Below, piece by piece: positions 56,661-64,000 of a DNA stretch of 64,000 bases. The position numbers and the translations under genes were made by a program. The first letter of the stretch is position 1; each line of letters begins with the position of its first letter. This DNA is from a virus. The notes beneath the pieces are model-generated. The model did not search any database. It was not told the DNA's origin and worked only from the letters and a program-made list of their open reading frames with translations. The DNA is taken from IMG/VR virus record IMGVR_UViG_3300025466_000014. The stretch is one strand, 5' to 3'.

Positions 56661-57428
56661 ATGCGCCCCCTAAAAGATATGGTAGGTATTCACAATTTCT
56701 TTAGCGAGAACATAAAGCCTAAGAAAATTATTAGCTTCTCAGGGTCAGCAGGTTCAGGTAAAGATACCGCTGCGAGTTTCCTTATTGAAAAGTACGGTTT
56801 TACAAAATTTTCCTTTGCTGGCATACTAAAGGACATTGTTGCAGATCTCTTCTCTTGGCCTAGGCACATGGTTGAAGGCGACACAAAAGATTCCAGAGCA
56901 TGGCGAGAGCAAGAAGACGCGTGGTGGACAGAGCGTCTAGACTTCGGCGTCCCAATTACGCCTCGTTGGGTTTTGCAATATATTGGAACAGAAGTTTTCA
57001 GGAACAACTTTCAATCCAATATTTGGGTGCTGGCGCTAGAACGTGCAATAGACACATGCCCTACAGACGTCGTTATAACCGACGCCCGGTTCTTTCAAGA
57101 GTTTGAATTCCTAAAAGCCAAGCAGGCAAAGATTGTAGGTCTTCATCGTGTTACTCCTAAATGGTTAGACAAGTTCTACAAAGGAGTAGAAGCAGAGATG
57201 GAGAAGACGGAATGGACTTGGAGTACCCCCACGCTTAATACGGCCTACCTAGACGACCTGGCTAAGGCTGCAAATCAGGTTGTGGTAAAGCAACAGATTA
57301 AGGGGCCTAACGGTCATCTTCTCCACTCCTCCGAGTACCTGCATTTTCTGTGGCAATGGTACGATGTTGTAATTGAAAACAAATCTGACGTAAACAGTCT
57401 ATTTACCAAAGTAGAAACTTTTGTGTAA
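56661..57428 (+). CDS. Deoxynucleoside monophosphate kinase (T4 gp1-like)
   Basis: SGSAGSGKDTAA, FAGILKD, TPRWVLQYIGTEVFR, VITDARF..E, HSSE. Confidence 0.9.
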   Translation: MRPLKDMVGIHNFFSENIKPKKIISFSGSAGSGKDTAASFLIEKYGFTKFSFAGILKDIVADLFSWPRHMVEGDTKDSRAWREQEDAWWTERLDFGVPITPRWVLQYIGTEVFRNNFQSNIWVLALERAIDTCPTDVVITDARFFQEFEFLKAKQAKIVGLHRVTPKWLDKFYKGVEAEMEKTEWTWSTPTLNTAYLDDLAKAANQVVVKQQIKGPNGHLLHSSEYLHFLWQWYDVVIENKSDVNSLFTKVETFV

Positions 57429-57434
57429 CTTTCG

Positions 57435-59573
57435 ATGCTGACAATAAAAAAATTCGGTATAGGTGGTGTAGGTCCCTTTAAGAAGCAGGTTAGCCTGGAC
57501 ATTGTTCCAGGCATAACTTACCTTTACGGTAAGGATATTACAAAGGGTGGTAACGGTAATGCGGCTGGTAAGTCTTTATTTGCCGCGTCCTCAGCAGAGA
57601 TTTTCTACGATACACCCTTGGTAGGTCATAAGCAGGATAGGGCAAAGAAAGGTTCTAGGTTTATTGAATTCGTTAAGGACGGCAAGACAGTAAGAATCGA
57701 AACGGTCTTTAACGGTAAAAGTGAAAAGGTTTCTATTGAGATCTCAGGCAAAGACGGCACGGAGCGCACTAACAAGATGACCAAAGAAGCGGCTAGAAAG
57801 CTTTGGTCAATTAGTGAAACAGACTACCGTACATACGCCTATTTAGATTCACAGGTCCCCCATCCGCTGGTTCGTGGTTCGACTACAGAGCGTAAAGAGT
57901 TCTTTACCTCGTTCTTTAGGCTCGATATACTAGATGCCGAGAAGAAAATCTTTCAAGCAGAATTGCTTAGAGTTAAAAAGGCAAGGACTGCTCTTATAGA
58001 GCTTGAAACTGCCTATAAAGATTTGACTAAAGATCTTCTTCCAAGAGAAAAATACATTGAATACTCTGAAAATCTTGCAAGGCTTGAAAAGCGATTAGAG
58101 ACTCTGCGGGACCAATCTGCAAGTAATGCGCGCCTACAAAGGCTTTTGGATTTTGAGAGCTATGCTGGCCCTAATTTGACAAAACTTAAAAAGCTTGTTG
58201 ATGATCTGGACGATTTCCATAAAATCCACAAGAGCTTCCAAAGAAGGTTAGCAGTAGCCAAGGAGAGAGAATCTCAATTAGAGGAGTACAAACTTTACAG
58301 GCGTGAATTAAAGAATTACAAAGACGCAATATCTGATTTGGATATGGATGCGTCTATGGAAGATTTACGTGAAGCTTCTGAGGCTTATCAAAAGGCTAGT
58401 TCTAAATGTACTGAGCTTGAAGACCTAGAGGCTCCTAAAAAGGTAAGGCAGCCACAAAAGCCAGAATCAGACAGAGACCTCTTAGTTGCTAGGCGGTCCA
58501 AGTTAAAGCATGAGCGCGAACACTTTTTAAAATTCAAAAAAGGTATATGCGAAACATGCGGACAATCTGTTAAAGTATCTTCACCAGAAAAGGTCAAAGC
58601 AAATCTTCTAAAGGTAGAAGCGGAGCTAGAAGAATGGGATACGTATCTTGAAGATTTAGAAACCTACAAAGCCTTTCTTAAAGAACAAGAAGCTTACAAT
58701 AAAGACGTTGCGCTCTTAGAAAAGGCTAAAGCAATTAAGAAGAAAAACAAAGAGCTCCACGAACTATATAAAAAGAGGTCTAGTTTAAAAGAGCCTACGC
58801 AGGTAGAAAAACCTGAAGACGTGGAAGAGATTGAATTTTTGCAGAAGAGGTTAGCGGTGCTTGACTTCTGCAAACCGCATATTGAGACTATTAGAGACTT
58901 AGAAACTTTAACCGAACAAGACCGTAATAAAAGATTCGATTTAACAGAGCTTGACGGGCTTCAAGAAGAAGTTACTGAAGTAAAAATAGCTTTAGAGATA
59001 CATAAGTCTGTTCGAGGCAAGGCCAAAAACGTTAAAAGCCGAATAGAGGAGATATCTGTTCTAGTAGAGAACGAAAAGGCTTTGGAACTTTTGGTTGAAG
59101 GTTACGCAGAGAAGGCCATTAAGAAGATGGCAGTAGAGGCTATATCCCAGCGTCTAATGTCTACGGTTAACAAATACGCACCCCTGGTATTTGAGGACTA
59201 TCACTTTGAATTTGTTTGGAATTCTCAAATATCTTTGCTAGTCTCTCGCAATGGAGGAGAGCCTACAGACGTTAGAAAGTTGTCGGGTGCAGAGTCCAAG
59301 TTGTTTACCCTAATCCTTGTCCTAAGTCTTTTAATGTTTGTGCCTAAAGCAAAGCGGTTGTCTTTAATTATTCTAGACGAACCCCTTGCCTCATTTTCGG
59401 AGGAAACTGGAGAGTTGTTTCACAAACTTTTGCCGCACATACAGCAGGTTATACCTTCAATTCTTGTCGTAACTCCTGACGCAAGAGAACGGTTTGAAGG
59501 TGCCAACGAGTTCACAGTTGTAAAAACATCTAAAGGTAGTCAAATTGTCCAAGGTCATCCATCTACTATCTAA
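57435..59573 (+). CDS. sbcC: SbcC/Rad50-like ATPase
   Basis: Walker A GNAAGKS, central coiled coil with CETC zinc hook, signature LSGAE, Walker B IILDEP. Confidence 0.85.
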   Translation: MLTIKKFGIGGVGPFKKQVSLDIVPGITYLYGKDITKGGNGNAAGKSLFAASSAEIFYDTPLVGHKQDRAKKGSRFIEFVKDGKTVRIETVFNGKSEKVSIEISGKDGTERTNKMTKEAARKLWSISETDYRTYAYLDSQVPHPLVRGSTTERKEFFTSFFRLDILDAEKKIFQAELLRVKKARTALIELETAYKDLTKDLLPREKYIEYSENLARLEKRLETLRDQSASNARLQRLLDFESYAGPNLTKLKKLVDDLDDFHKIHKSFQRRLAVAKERESQLEEYKLYRRELKNYKDAISDLDMDASMEDLREASEAYQKASSKCTELEDLEAPKKVRQPQKPESDRDLLVARRSKLKHEREHFLKFKKGICETCGQSVKVSSPEKVKANLLKVEAELEEWDTYLEDLETYKAFLKEQEAYNKDVALLEKAKAIKKKNKELHELYKKRSSLKEPTQVEKPEDVEEIEFLQKRLAVLDFCKPHIETIRDLETLTEQDRNKRFDLTELDGLQEEVTEVKIALEIHKSVRGKAKNVKSRIEEISVLVENEKALELLVEGYAEKAIKKMAVEAISQRLMSTVNKYAPLVFEDYHFEFVWNSQISLLVSRNGGEPTDVRKLSGAESKLFTLILVLSLLMFVPKAKRLSLIILDEPLASFSEETGELFHKLLPHIQQVIPSILVVTPDARERFEGANEFTVVKTSKGSQIVQGHPSTI

Positions 59574-60258
59574 GCCTGTGCCCGTATTTGGCACAGCCCG
59601 GTATTCTCCTTTCGAGCTGTCTGTTACTCTTAAAGACTTGAGAGTATCCCATACCTACAAAGTTCGTGCCTCCGTACCTAATCGAGTCTGTGTCGAGAAG
59701 ATGGTTAACTGCGGTTACCCTCAACCACATTGGGTTCACGTAACCGATAGTCTGGACTTTTTAAAAGAGGGCGCAGTTAATTTTATATCAGCAGCTTTTA
59801 GTGAATTAGCTTTAACCAACATACCCAGTTTATCGGTTTTAAGTCTTGAAAAAGCAATTAAAGACGCATTAGCTAATGACGCAAAACAGAGTGTTCTGCC
59901 GCAAGTGGAAGAGTTGTCTCCCATGGACTACGTCAACATTGTCGCAAAACCCTCTCTTTTAAACTGCATTCAGACTACGGTTTACAAAATAAACCCGTAT
60001 GCGCTTAGAAAAGAGATTCAGGAGATGATTTTAAATTTCCTGAACTCTAGAGTGTCTATTGCACAAATGAAAAACACTCTCAAAGGTAACCTTAAACTGG
60101 AGCAGCTTATTCCCATGATTATGGAAGCACTTCCTCTAAGAGATGCTGTCGCAAGACTTAAGACAGAATCCCTAGAAGCAGTATCCTTAGATACTGGGTT
60201 TCCTACTTTTGAGCTCTTGTACATTAGTAAAGTACGCAAATTAGAAAAGGGAAAATAA
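59545..60258 (+). CDS. Hypothetical protein
   Basis: 237 aa ORF overlapping the sbcC-like gene; helical C-terminal half. Confidence 0.55.
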   Translation: MSKVIHLLSKPVPVFGTARYSPFELSVTLKDLRVSHTYKVRASVPNRVCVEKMVNCGYPQPHWVHVTDSLDFLKEGAVNFISAAFSELALTNIPSLSVLSLEKAIKDALANDAKQSVLPQVEELSPMDYVNIVAKPSLLNCIQTTVYKINPYALRKEIQEMILNFLNSRVSIAQMKNTLKGNLKLEQLIPMIMEALPLRDAVARLKTESLEAVSLDTGFPTFELLYISKVRKLEKGK

Positions 60259-60545
60259 TGGCAAGCACCGGAGCACTAATAACCGCAGTATACCTGGATA
60301 AAACCGTGCAATTGTTGGTAGCTCCCTCAACGCTGGTTTTCGACGGTAAAAACTACGTTGACCCGTTTGTTGCCAAAACGGTTGTTATTTTAGGAGACAA
60401 CCTCCTTACGTCTTCTCCTCAGGTTTATCCTATTAACCCTACGCCTTCTCCCGTATTCACTTACGAGAACGAACTTATTTGCACGGTAATCTCGGTGTCG
60501 GTTACCACTACAGATCAGGTAGACGTTATAAGCACTCCTGCTTAA
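60258..60545 (+). CDS. Hypothetical beta-rich protein
   Basis: 95 aa with a TAATG overlap start. Confidence 0.55.
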   Translation: MASTGALITAVYLDKTVQLLVAPSTLVFDGKNYVDPFVAKTVVILGDNLLTSSPQVYPINPTPSPVFTYENELICTVISVSVTTTDQVDVISTPA

Positions 60546-60600
60546 ATTCAATCGGCCAATCAAATAATCAGATAATCAGTCAAACAATTAAAGGAAAATT

Positions 60601-61431
60601 ATGACAGTTACTATTTCTTCTACTGGTGTGCAGCAGGTGCTGGCGGCTGCTGGCGGTAATGTTTACGGCTTAGCCCTTAAAGTCAAGCCAAGCGCTCAAA
60701 CTATTTTGCCGGCTCTGAAGCAGGACGGAACTCTGTTGGGGTATTACCCACTTACCAGCAGCTACAATTTTCAAGGTACTGAGGTTTCAGCAAACCTAGG
60801 GGACACTACAGTACCTTTAACTACGGTTACGCGTCCAGCCGAACCTGGTAGCGGCGGCAAAGTAACGCAATTTGTGGCGGCCGTGTTTCCTAGCAGCATT
60901 GCGTCTAACCTAATTCCTTGGATGTCCTCTATTTTCGTTTCGCAATCTCCTGGCCTTTATCAGATGCACAACATTGCCAACGGACACGTTGTTACCACAG
61001 GTAGCGCAGGCTATACGTTGAACGCCCTTGCGTCCGGCCTGAATGCAGCCCTACCTACTGTAACTGCGGCAGCCGCTCCGGCAGTAACAACACCAGCAGC
61101 CATGACCTGGGCAGTGTCTTCAAAATACGCGGCAATTACTGCTAACAATTCTTTTATTGACGTTAACTGGCAAACACTGTTCAAGACAAAAACTGCTGGT
61201 GACATTGGTCAGCGCATTTCAATTGTGTCTAATCCCGCTAGTGGCTTTGTTGCGTCTATTGTTCCAACTTACGCAGTTGAGGCCGGCACTACTGGTGCAA
61301 TTCATGTCTACAATACTATTCGCATTACGCGCATTGCAGATGTTGCTCCTGGTCTTTTCACATTCAACTTTTTAGTCTACGGTCTTAACGGTTTGACTTC
61401 TGCTGTCGTTTTGAATTTGACAGTTCTCTAA
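60601..61431 (+). CDS. A/T/V-rich protein, possible virion decoration protein
   Basis: 276 aa with AAGGA RBS and a downstream terminator. C-terminal Ig-like strand pattern PGLFTFNFLVYGLNG. Confidence 0.5.
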   Translation: MTVTISSTGVQQVLAAAGGNVYGLALKVKPSAQTILPALKQDGTLLGYYPLTSSYNFQGTEVSANLGDTTVPLTTVTRPAEPGSGGKVTQFVAAVFPSSIASNLIPWMSSIFVSQSPGLYQMHNIANGHVVTTGSAGYTLNALASGLNAALPTVTAAAAPAVTTPAAMTWAVSSKYAAITANNSFIDVNWQTLFKTKTAGDIGQRISIVSNPASGFVASIVPTYAVEAGTTGAIHVYNTIRITRIADVAPGLFTFNFLVYGLNGLTSAVVLNLTVL

Positions 61432-61443
61432 TATTAGAAAATT

Positions 61444-61481
61444 AAAAATGGCCCTGTATGGAAACGTGCAGGGCCATTTTT
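61444..61481 (+). terminator. Intrinsic terminator (GNRA loop), possibly bidirectional
   Basis: AAAAATGGCCCTGTATG-GAAA-CGTGCAGGGCCATTTTT. Confidence 0.85.
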
Positions 61482-61491
61482 GCCCTTCCTT

Positions 61492-61502
61492 AACTGTAAA
61501 TA
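61492..61502 (+). promoter_or_regulatory. Candidate phage promoter motif AACTGTAAATA
   Basis: Immediately after the terminator and upstream of the sliding-clamp gene. Identical to 23140-23150 on the - strand. Confidence 0.45.
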
Positions 61503-61547
61503 CGGCGGTAAACACCTACCCAATCGTATTAACCTACAGACTATTAA

Positions 61548-62606
61548 ATGATAAACATTAAAGTAGAACTTACCTCCTTGGTTGACTCCCTTAGCGTAGT
61601 AACCAAGACTGCTCCGCCCACGTCCGGCAATATTACTTTCTCAGTTGCAAAAGGCAAGCTTAAACTTATCTCAGTTGCAGACTTAAGCCGGTGTTTTGTT
61701 ATTGTGCCCTGTGAAGTCCAAGGTGAAGGCGAGTTTGCGTTGCCGCTTCAGGCAGTTAACGATGCCATTAAAGGTCGTGCATCCTTAAGTATGACCTACG
61801 ATAAGACAATGCTGACAATTAAAAGCGGGAATTACAAAGCGGAGCTTGCTACAGTAGACGTAATACCTTTGGACGAGATGGAAGACGAGAAGGATGTACA
61901 AGAGTGGAAGGTAACTATTGAGCAAGGTAACTGGCTAGTCAAAGCACTGCGCAGTGTGTCACTTAGACCAACCGCTCTTTTAAGTCCTTGGATGCCTGTG
62001 GGTGTTAAGTTAGATGACAAATATGCTTTTGTGGCTTGCTACGATACGCAAAGACTTAGTTGGGTTTCTTCTAAAGAAATTAAGGGTAATTTGGAGATAC
62101 TTCTGCCCATTGATACCATGCAGTCTCTAATGGACGTCTTTAGCAAAACAAATTTTGTTATTGCACAAGGTAAGGCAAACATCAAGGTCAAGAACAAACT
62201 CTACGAAGTAATTCTTTCTATACCTACAGCAGATGATCTGCCCACGCTTAAAGACGTGCAAGGAAAAATTAAAGAGGCTATGAAAGTTTCCGCGTCTACT
62301 TTTGTTACTGCTAAAGAAAGTATTGCATCGTTCCTAGATAATGCTAAGGCAGTTATAGGTAAAGATCGCGCTGAGATAAATGTATCAGGTAAAGGTACTT
62401 CAATAGAGTTTCTGGTAAAGACTGGACAGGGTCAGGTTAAGAACGTTATTAAAGGAACAGGTAAGGGCGATTTTAAAATCGACTATGAATACCTGCAAGA
62501 GGTCTTAACCAAGGCTGATGCCGAAGTTGTTCTTAACGTTGTTGAAGAGGCCTTTCTGTCTGTTAAGCTGGCATCCTCGACAGCAATTATTGCGCTTAAT
62601 CAGTGA
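61548..62606 (+). CDS. dnaN: DNA polymerase III beta-like sliding clamp
   Basis: 352 aa three-domain length. GEGEFALP and F.IDYEYLQEVL patterns; near the DnaX-like gene. Confidence 0.7.
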   Translation: MINIKVELTSLVDSLSVVTKTAPPTSGNITFSVAKGKLKLISVADLSRCFVIVPCEVQGEGEFALPLQAVNDAIKGRASLSMTYDKTMLTIKSGNYKAELATVDVIPLDEMEDEKDVQEWKVTIEQGNWLVKALRSVSLRPTALLSPWMPVGVKLDDKYAFVACYDTQRLSWVSSKEIKGNLEILLPIDTMQSLMDVFSKTNFVIAQGKANIKVKNKLYEVILSIPTADDLPTLKDVQGKIKEAMKVSASTFVTAKESIASFLDNAKAVIGKDRAEINVSGKGTSIEFLVKTGQGQVKNVIKGTGKGDFKIDYEYLQEVLTKADAEVVLNVVEEAFLSVKLASSTAIIALNQ

Positions 62607-62619
62607 TTAGAAAGCAAAT

Positions 62620-62991
62620 ATGCAGTCCCTAGTAGATTTTAATCCTGGTGAGTTTTACGCGTTAGGTACCGGTCACGTTCTTGTTACCTCAAAGCAATCA
62701 CCGGGAGTATTTTCTTTGGGTGAACAATTCCAAATGGAATCTATGTTCGATATGTGGGAGTTAAAAAGAAACAAGCAGGTAGTAGGTTTCTTTCTACACT
62801 CTGGCTTTACGGTTAAGAACGGCGGCGGCTATGTTGTAACCTATCTGGAATCCAAAAGAGGTAAAGCTAAGACCGGTTCTCTAACAATTCGCCATCCTGA
62901 GATGATGGTGTACACCTTTGAGGGTTGCGGGGCTTTAGCAGTTGCAACAAAAGTAAATCCTAAAATGCTTGCAATTTTGCTGGAACAATAA
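62620..62991 (+). CDS. Hypothetical protein
   Basis: 123 aa ORF in the operon. Confidence 0.55.
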   Translation: MQSLVDFNPGEFYALGTGHVLVTSKQSPGVFSLGEQFQMESMFDMWELKRNKQVVGFFLHSGFTVKNGGGYVVTYLESKRGKAKTGSLTIRHPEMMVYTFEGCGALAVATKVNPKMLAILLEQ

Positions 62992-62992
62992 A

Positions 62993-63514
62993 ATGAGTCA
63001 AGCCTTAGTAAAACAGATACGCGGTAACGAAAACTACAAACAGTTTATTAAGATTGTTGAGACTGTTCAGCAGCGTATAAACATTGAAAATTCCCAAAAA
63101 GAAGCATTAGCATTACACGCTGGTAGACTGAGTAGAAACCTGCATGGTGAGAAAAGATACTCGCCTAAGGCAATTATAGATGCCAACATGCAAGATATGT
63201 CTAACAGAGCCCGTTTAGTTGAGATAAGAGTTAAGAACGATTTGCAGCTGGCAACATTGCGTTCAGCTATTGAAGCAATGCGCAGGCACGTAAGTACCCA
63301 ATATTCTGAAGAGCTTCGAGACTTCTCTACAGCAGGGCAACGCACGGCATTCGTTGACCGCGTACTAAAGGCGTCTGTGCAGCTCTTAGAGGAAGGCGAG
63401 GCCCTGATATCCATGTTGGACAGTCTTATAAAAGACTTGGATCAGACTTCGCATACAATGCGGCACATTATTGAAGCTTTAAAACTTGTGTCTGAAAAAG
63501 GTAAGAACATTTAA
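62993..63514 (+). CDS. Helical protein, possible UvsY-like recombination mediator
   Basis: All-helical coiled coil directly upstream of a UvsW-like helicase. The function is inferred from synteny only. Confidence 0.35.
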   Translation: MSQALVKQIRGNENYKQFIKIVETVQQRINIENSQKEALALHAGRLSRNLHGEKRYSPKAIIDANMQDMSNRARLVEIRVKNDLQLATLRSAIEAMRRHVSTQYSEELRDFSTAGQRTAFVDRVLKASVQLLEEGEALISMLDSLIKDLDQTSHTMRHIIEALKLVSEKGKNI

Positions 63515-63522
63515 AGGTTACT

Positions 63523-64000
63523 ATGGAAATTAAAGCCTTCAAGAGAGAAGCAGTCTTCATACCCATAAAGAAACTTGAGGCAAAGGTAGTAAAGCGAGTA
63601 AAAGAAAGACTTGAATTTAAGTTTTATGATGATAAGGTGTGTGCCACCTGTGAATGGCTGCCTGAAAAACATAACGACATCTGTGATACTTGTCCTGCCT
63701 ATAAAGGCGGCTACAACTTGGCTAGCGTTGTAAAGGTAGGCGCTAAAGCCAACAAGTATCTCAAAGTTCCGGTAGGCACGTTTGATAAAACAGCTAGGTA
63801 CCTAAAGACTCATGGAGTTGAGATTAATCTTGTTAGCAAGACAGTTGACCACAAGATTAAACCTGTAAACTTTACAGGTACGTTGCAGCCCTTGCAAGTA
63901 ACCGCAGTAGACAAAATGCTAGAAAAGAAGCGCGGCGTCTTAAAGTCGCCTCCTCGCACCGGCAAGACAGTTATGGGTGCGGCATTGGTATGCAAGTTGC
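63523..64000 (+). CDS. Partial SF2 helicase (UvsW-like) with N-terminal zinc finger
   Basis: Not in the ORF track because it runs off the window. CATC...CDTC, then FTGTLQPLQVTAVDKM...GVLKSPPRTGKT (Q motif + Walker A). Confidence 0.85.
   Translation, partial: MEIKAFKREAVFIPIKKLEAKVVKRVKERLEFKFYDDKVCATCEWLPEKHNDICDTCPAYKGGYNLASVVKVGAKANKYLKVPVGTFDKTARYLKTHGVEINLVSKTVDHKIKPVNFTGTLQPLQVTAVDKMLEKKRGVLKSPPRTGKTVMGAALVCKL

Noticed and set aside
60551-60590. AATCA(A/G)AT micro-repeats before the 276-aa gene
   Set aside because: Only about three short imperfect copies in AT-rich DNA, too weak to call iterons.
1-64000. CRISPR array associated with the Cas4-like gene
   Set aside because: No regularly spaced direct repeats with unique spacers were seen. 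All repeats are in-frame and coding.
1-64000. Alternative genetic code (TAG or TGA recoding)
   Set aside because: The standard code gives long, tightly packed ORFs. TAG and TGA fall at plausible gene ends, and TAG-TAA-TAG at 36193-36201 is simply a stacked stop.

Overview
This window is a densely coding fragment of a large (jumbo-type) contractile-tailed dsDNA phage read in the standard genetic code, with three blocks. (1) About 1-21.4 kb, + strand: a partial MmcB-like nuclease, probable portal, a full baseplate/tail-tip module (gp54-, gp26-, gp48-, gp53-, gp27-, gp5-, PAAR-, gp25-, gp6- and gp7-like genes, a tape-measure-like gene and an SLT+M23 muralytic protein), two tail-collar fibres, a TraR/DksA-type zinc finger, three small paralogous beta proteins and a 5'-3' exonuclease. 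(2) 21.4-54.0 kb, entirely - strand: a lysis cassette (GH19 endolysin, embedded i-/o-spanin, holin-like membrane proteins) and a ~30 kb appendage locus. That locus holds very repetitive T/A/G/S-rich fibres (2036, 1700, 888, 689 aa) and putative enzymes (two trypsin-like proteases, SGNH hydrolase, beta-helix depolymerase, Asp-box propeller, TIGR03790-like protein), several of them carrying shared, swappable N-terminal modules. (3) 54.1-64 kb, + strand: Cas4-like nuclease, DnaX-like clamp loader, dNMP kinase, SbcC/Rad50 ATPase, beta-clamp-like protein and a partial SF2 helicase. From memory, gene content and order resemble the Y3/Lu11/PaBG/RSL1 group of jumbo myoviruses; this is unverified. The most interesting signal is an apparent plug-and-play virion appendage system: recurring anchor modules, a duplicated fibre+serine-protease cassette, and a fibre with ~1,320 consecutive uncharged residues. 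All functional calls come from motif recognition by eye; no database searches were run.
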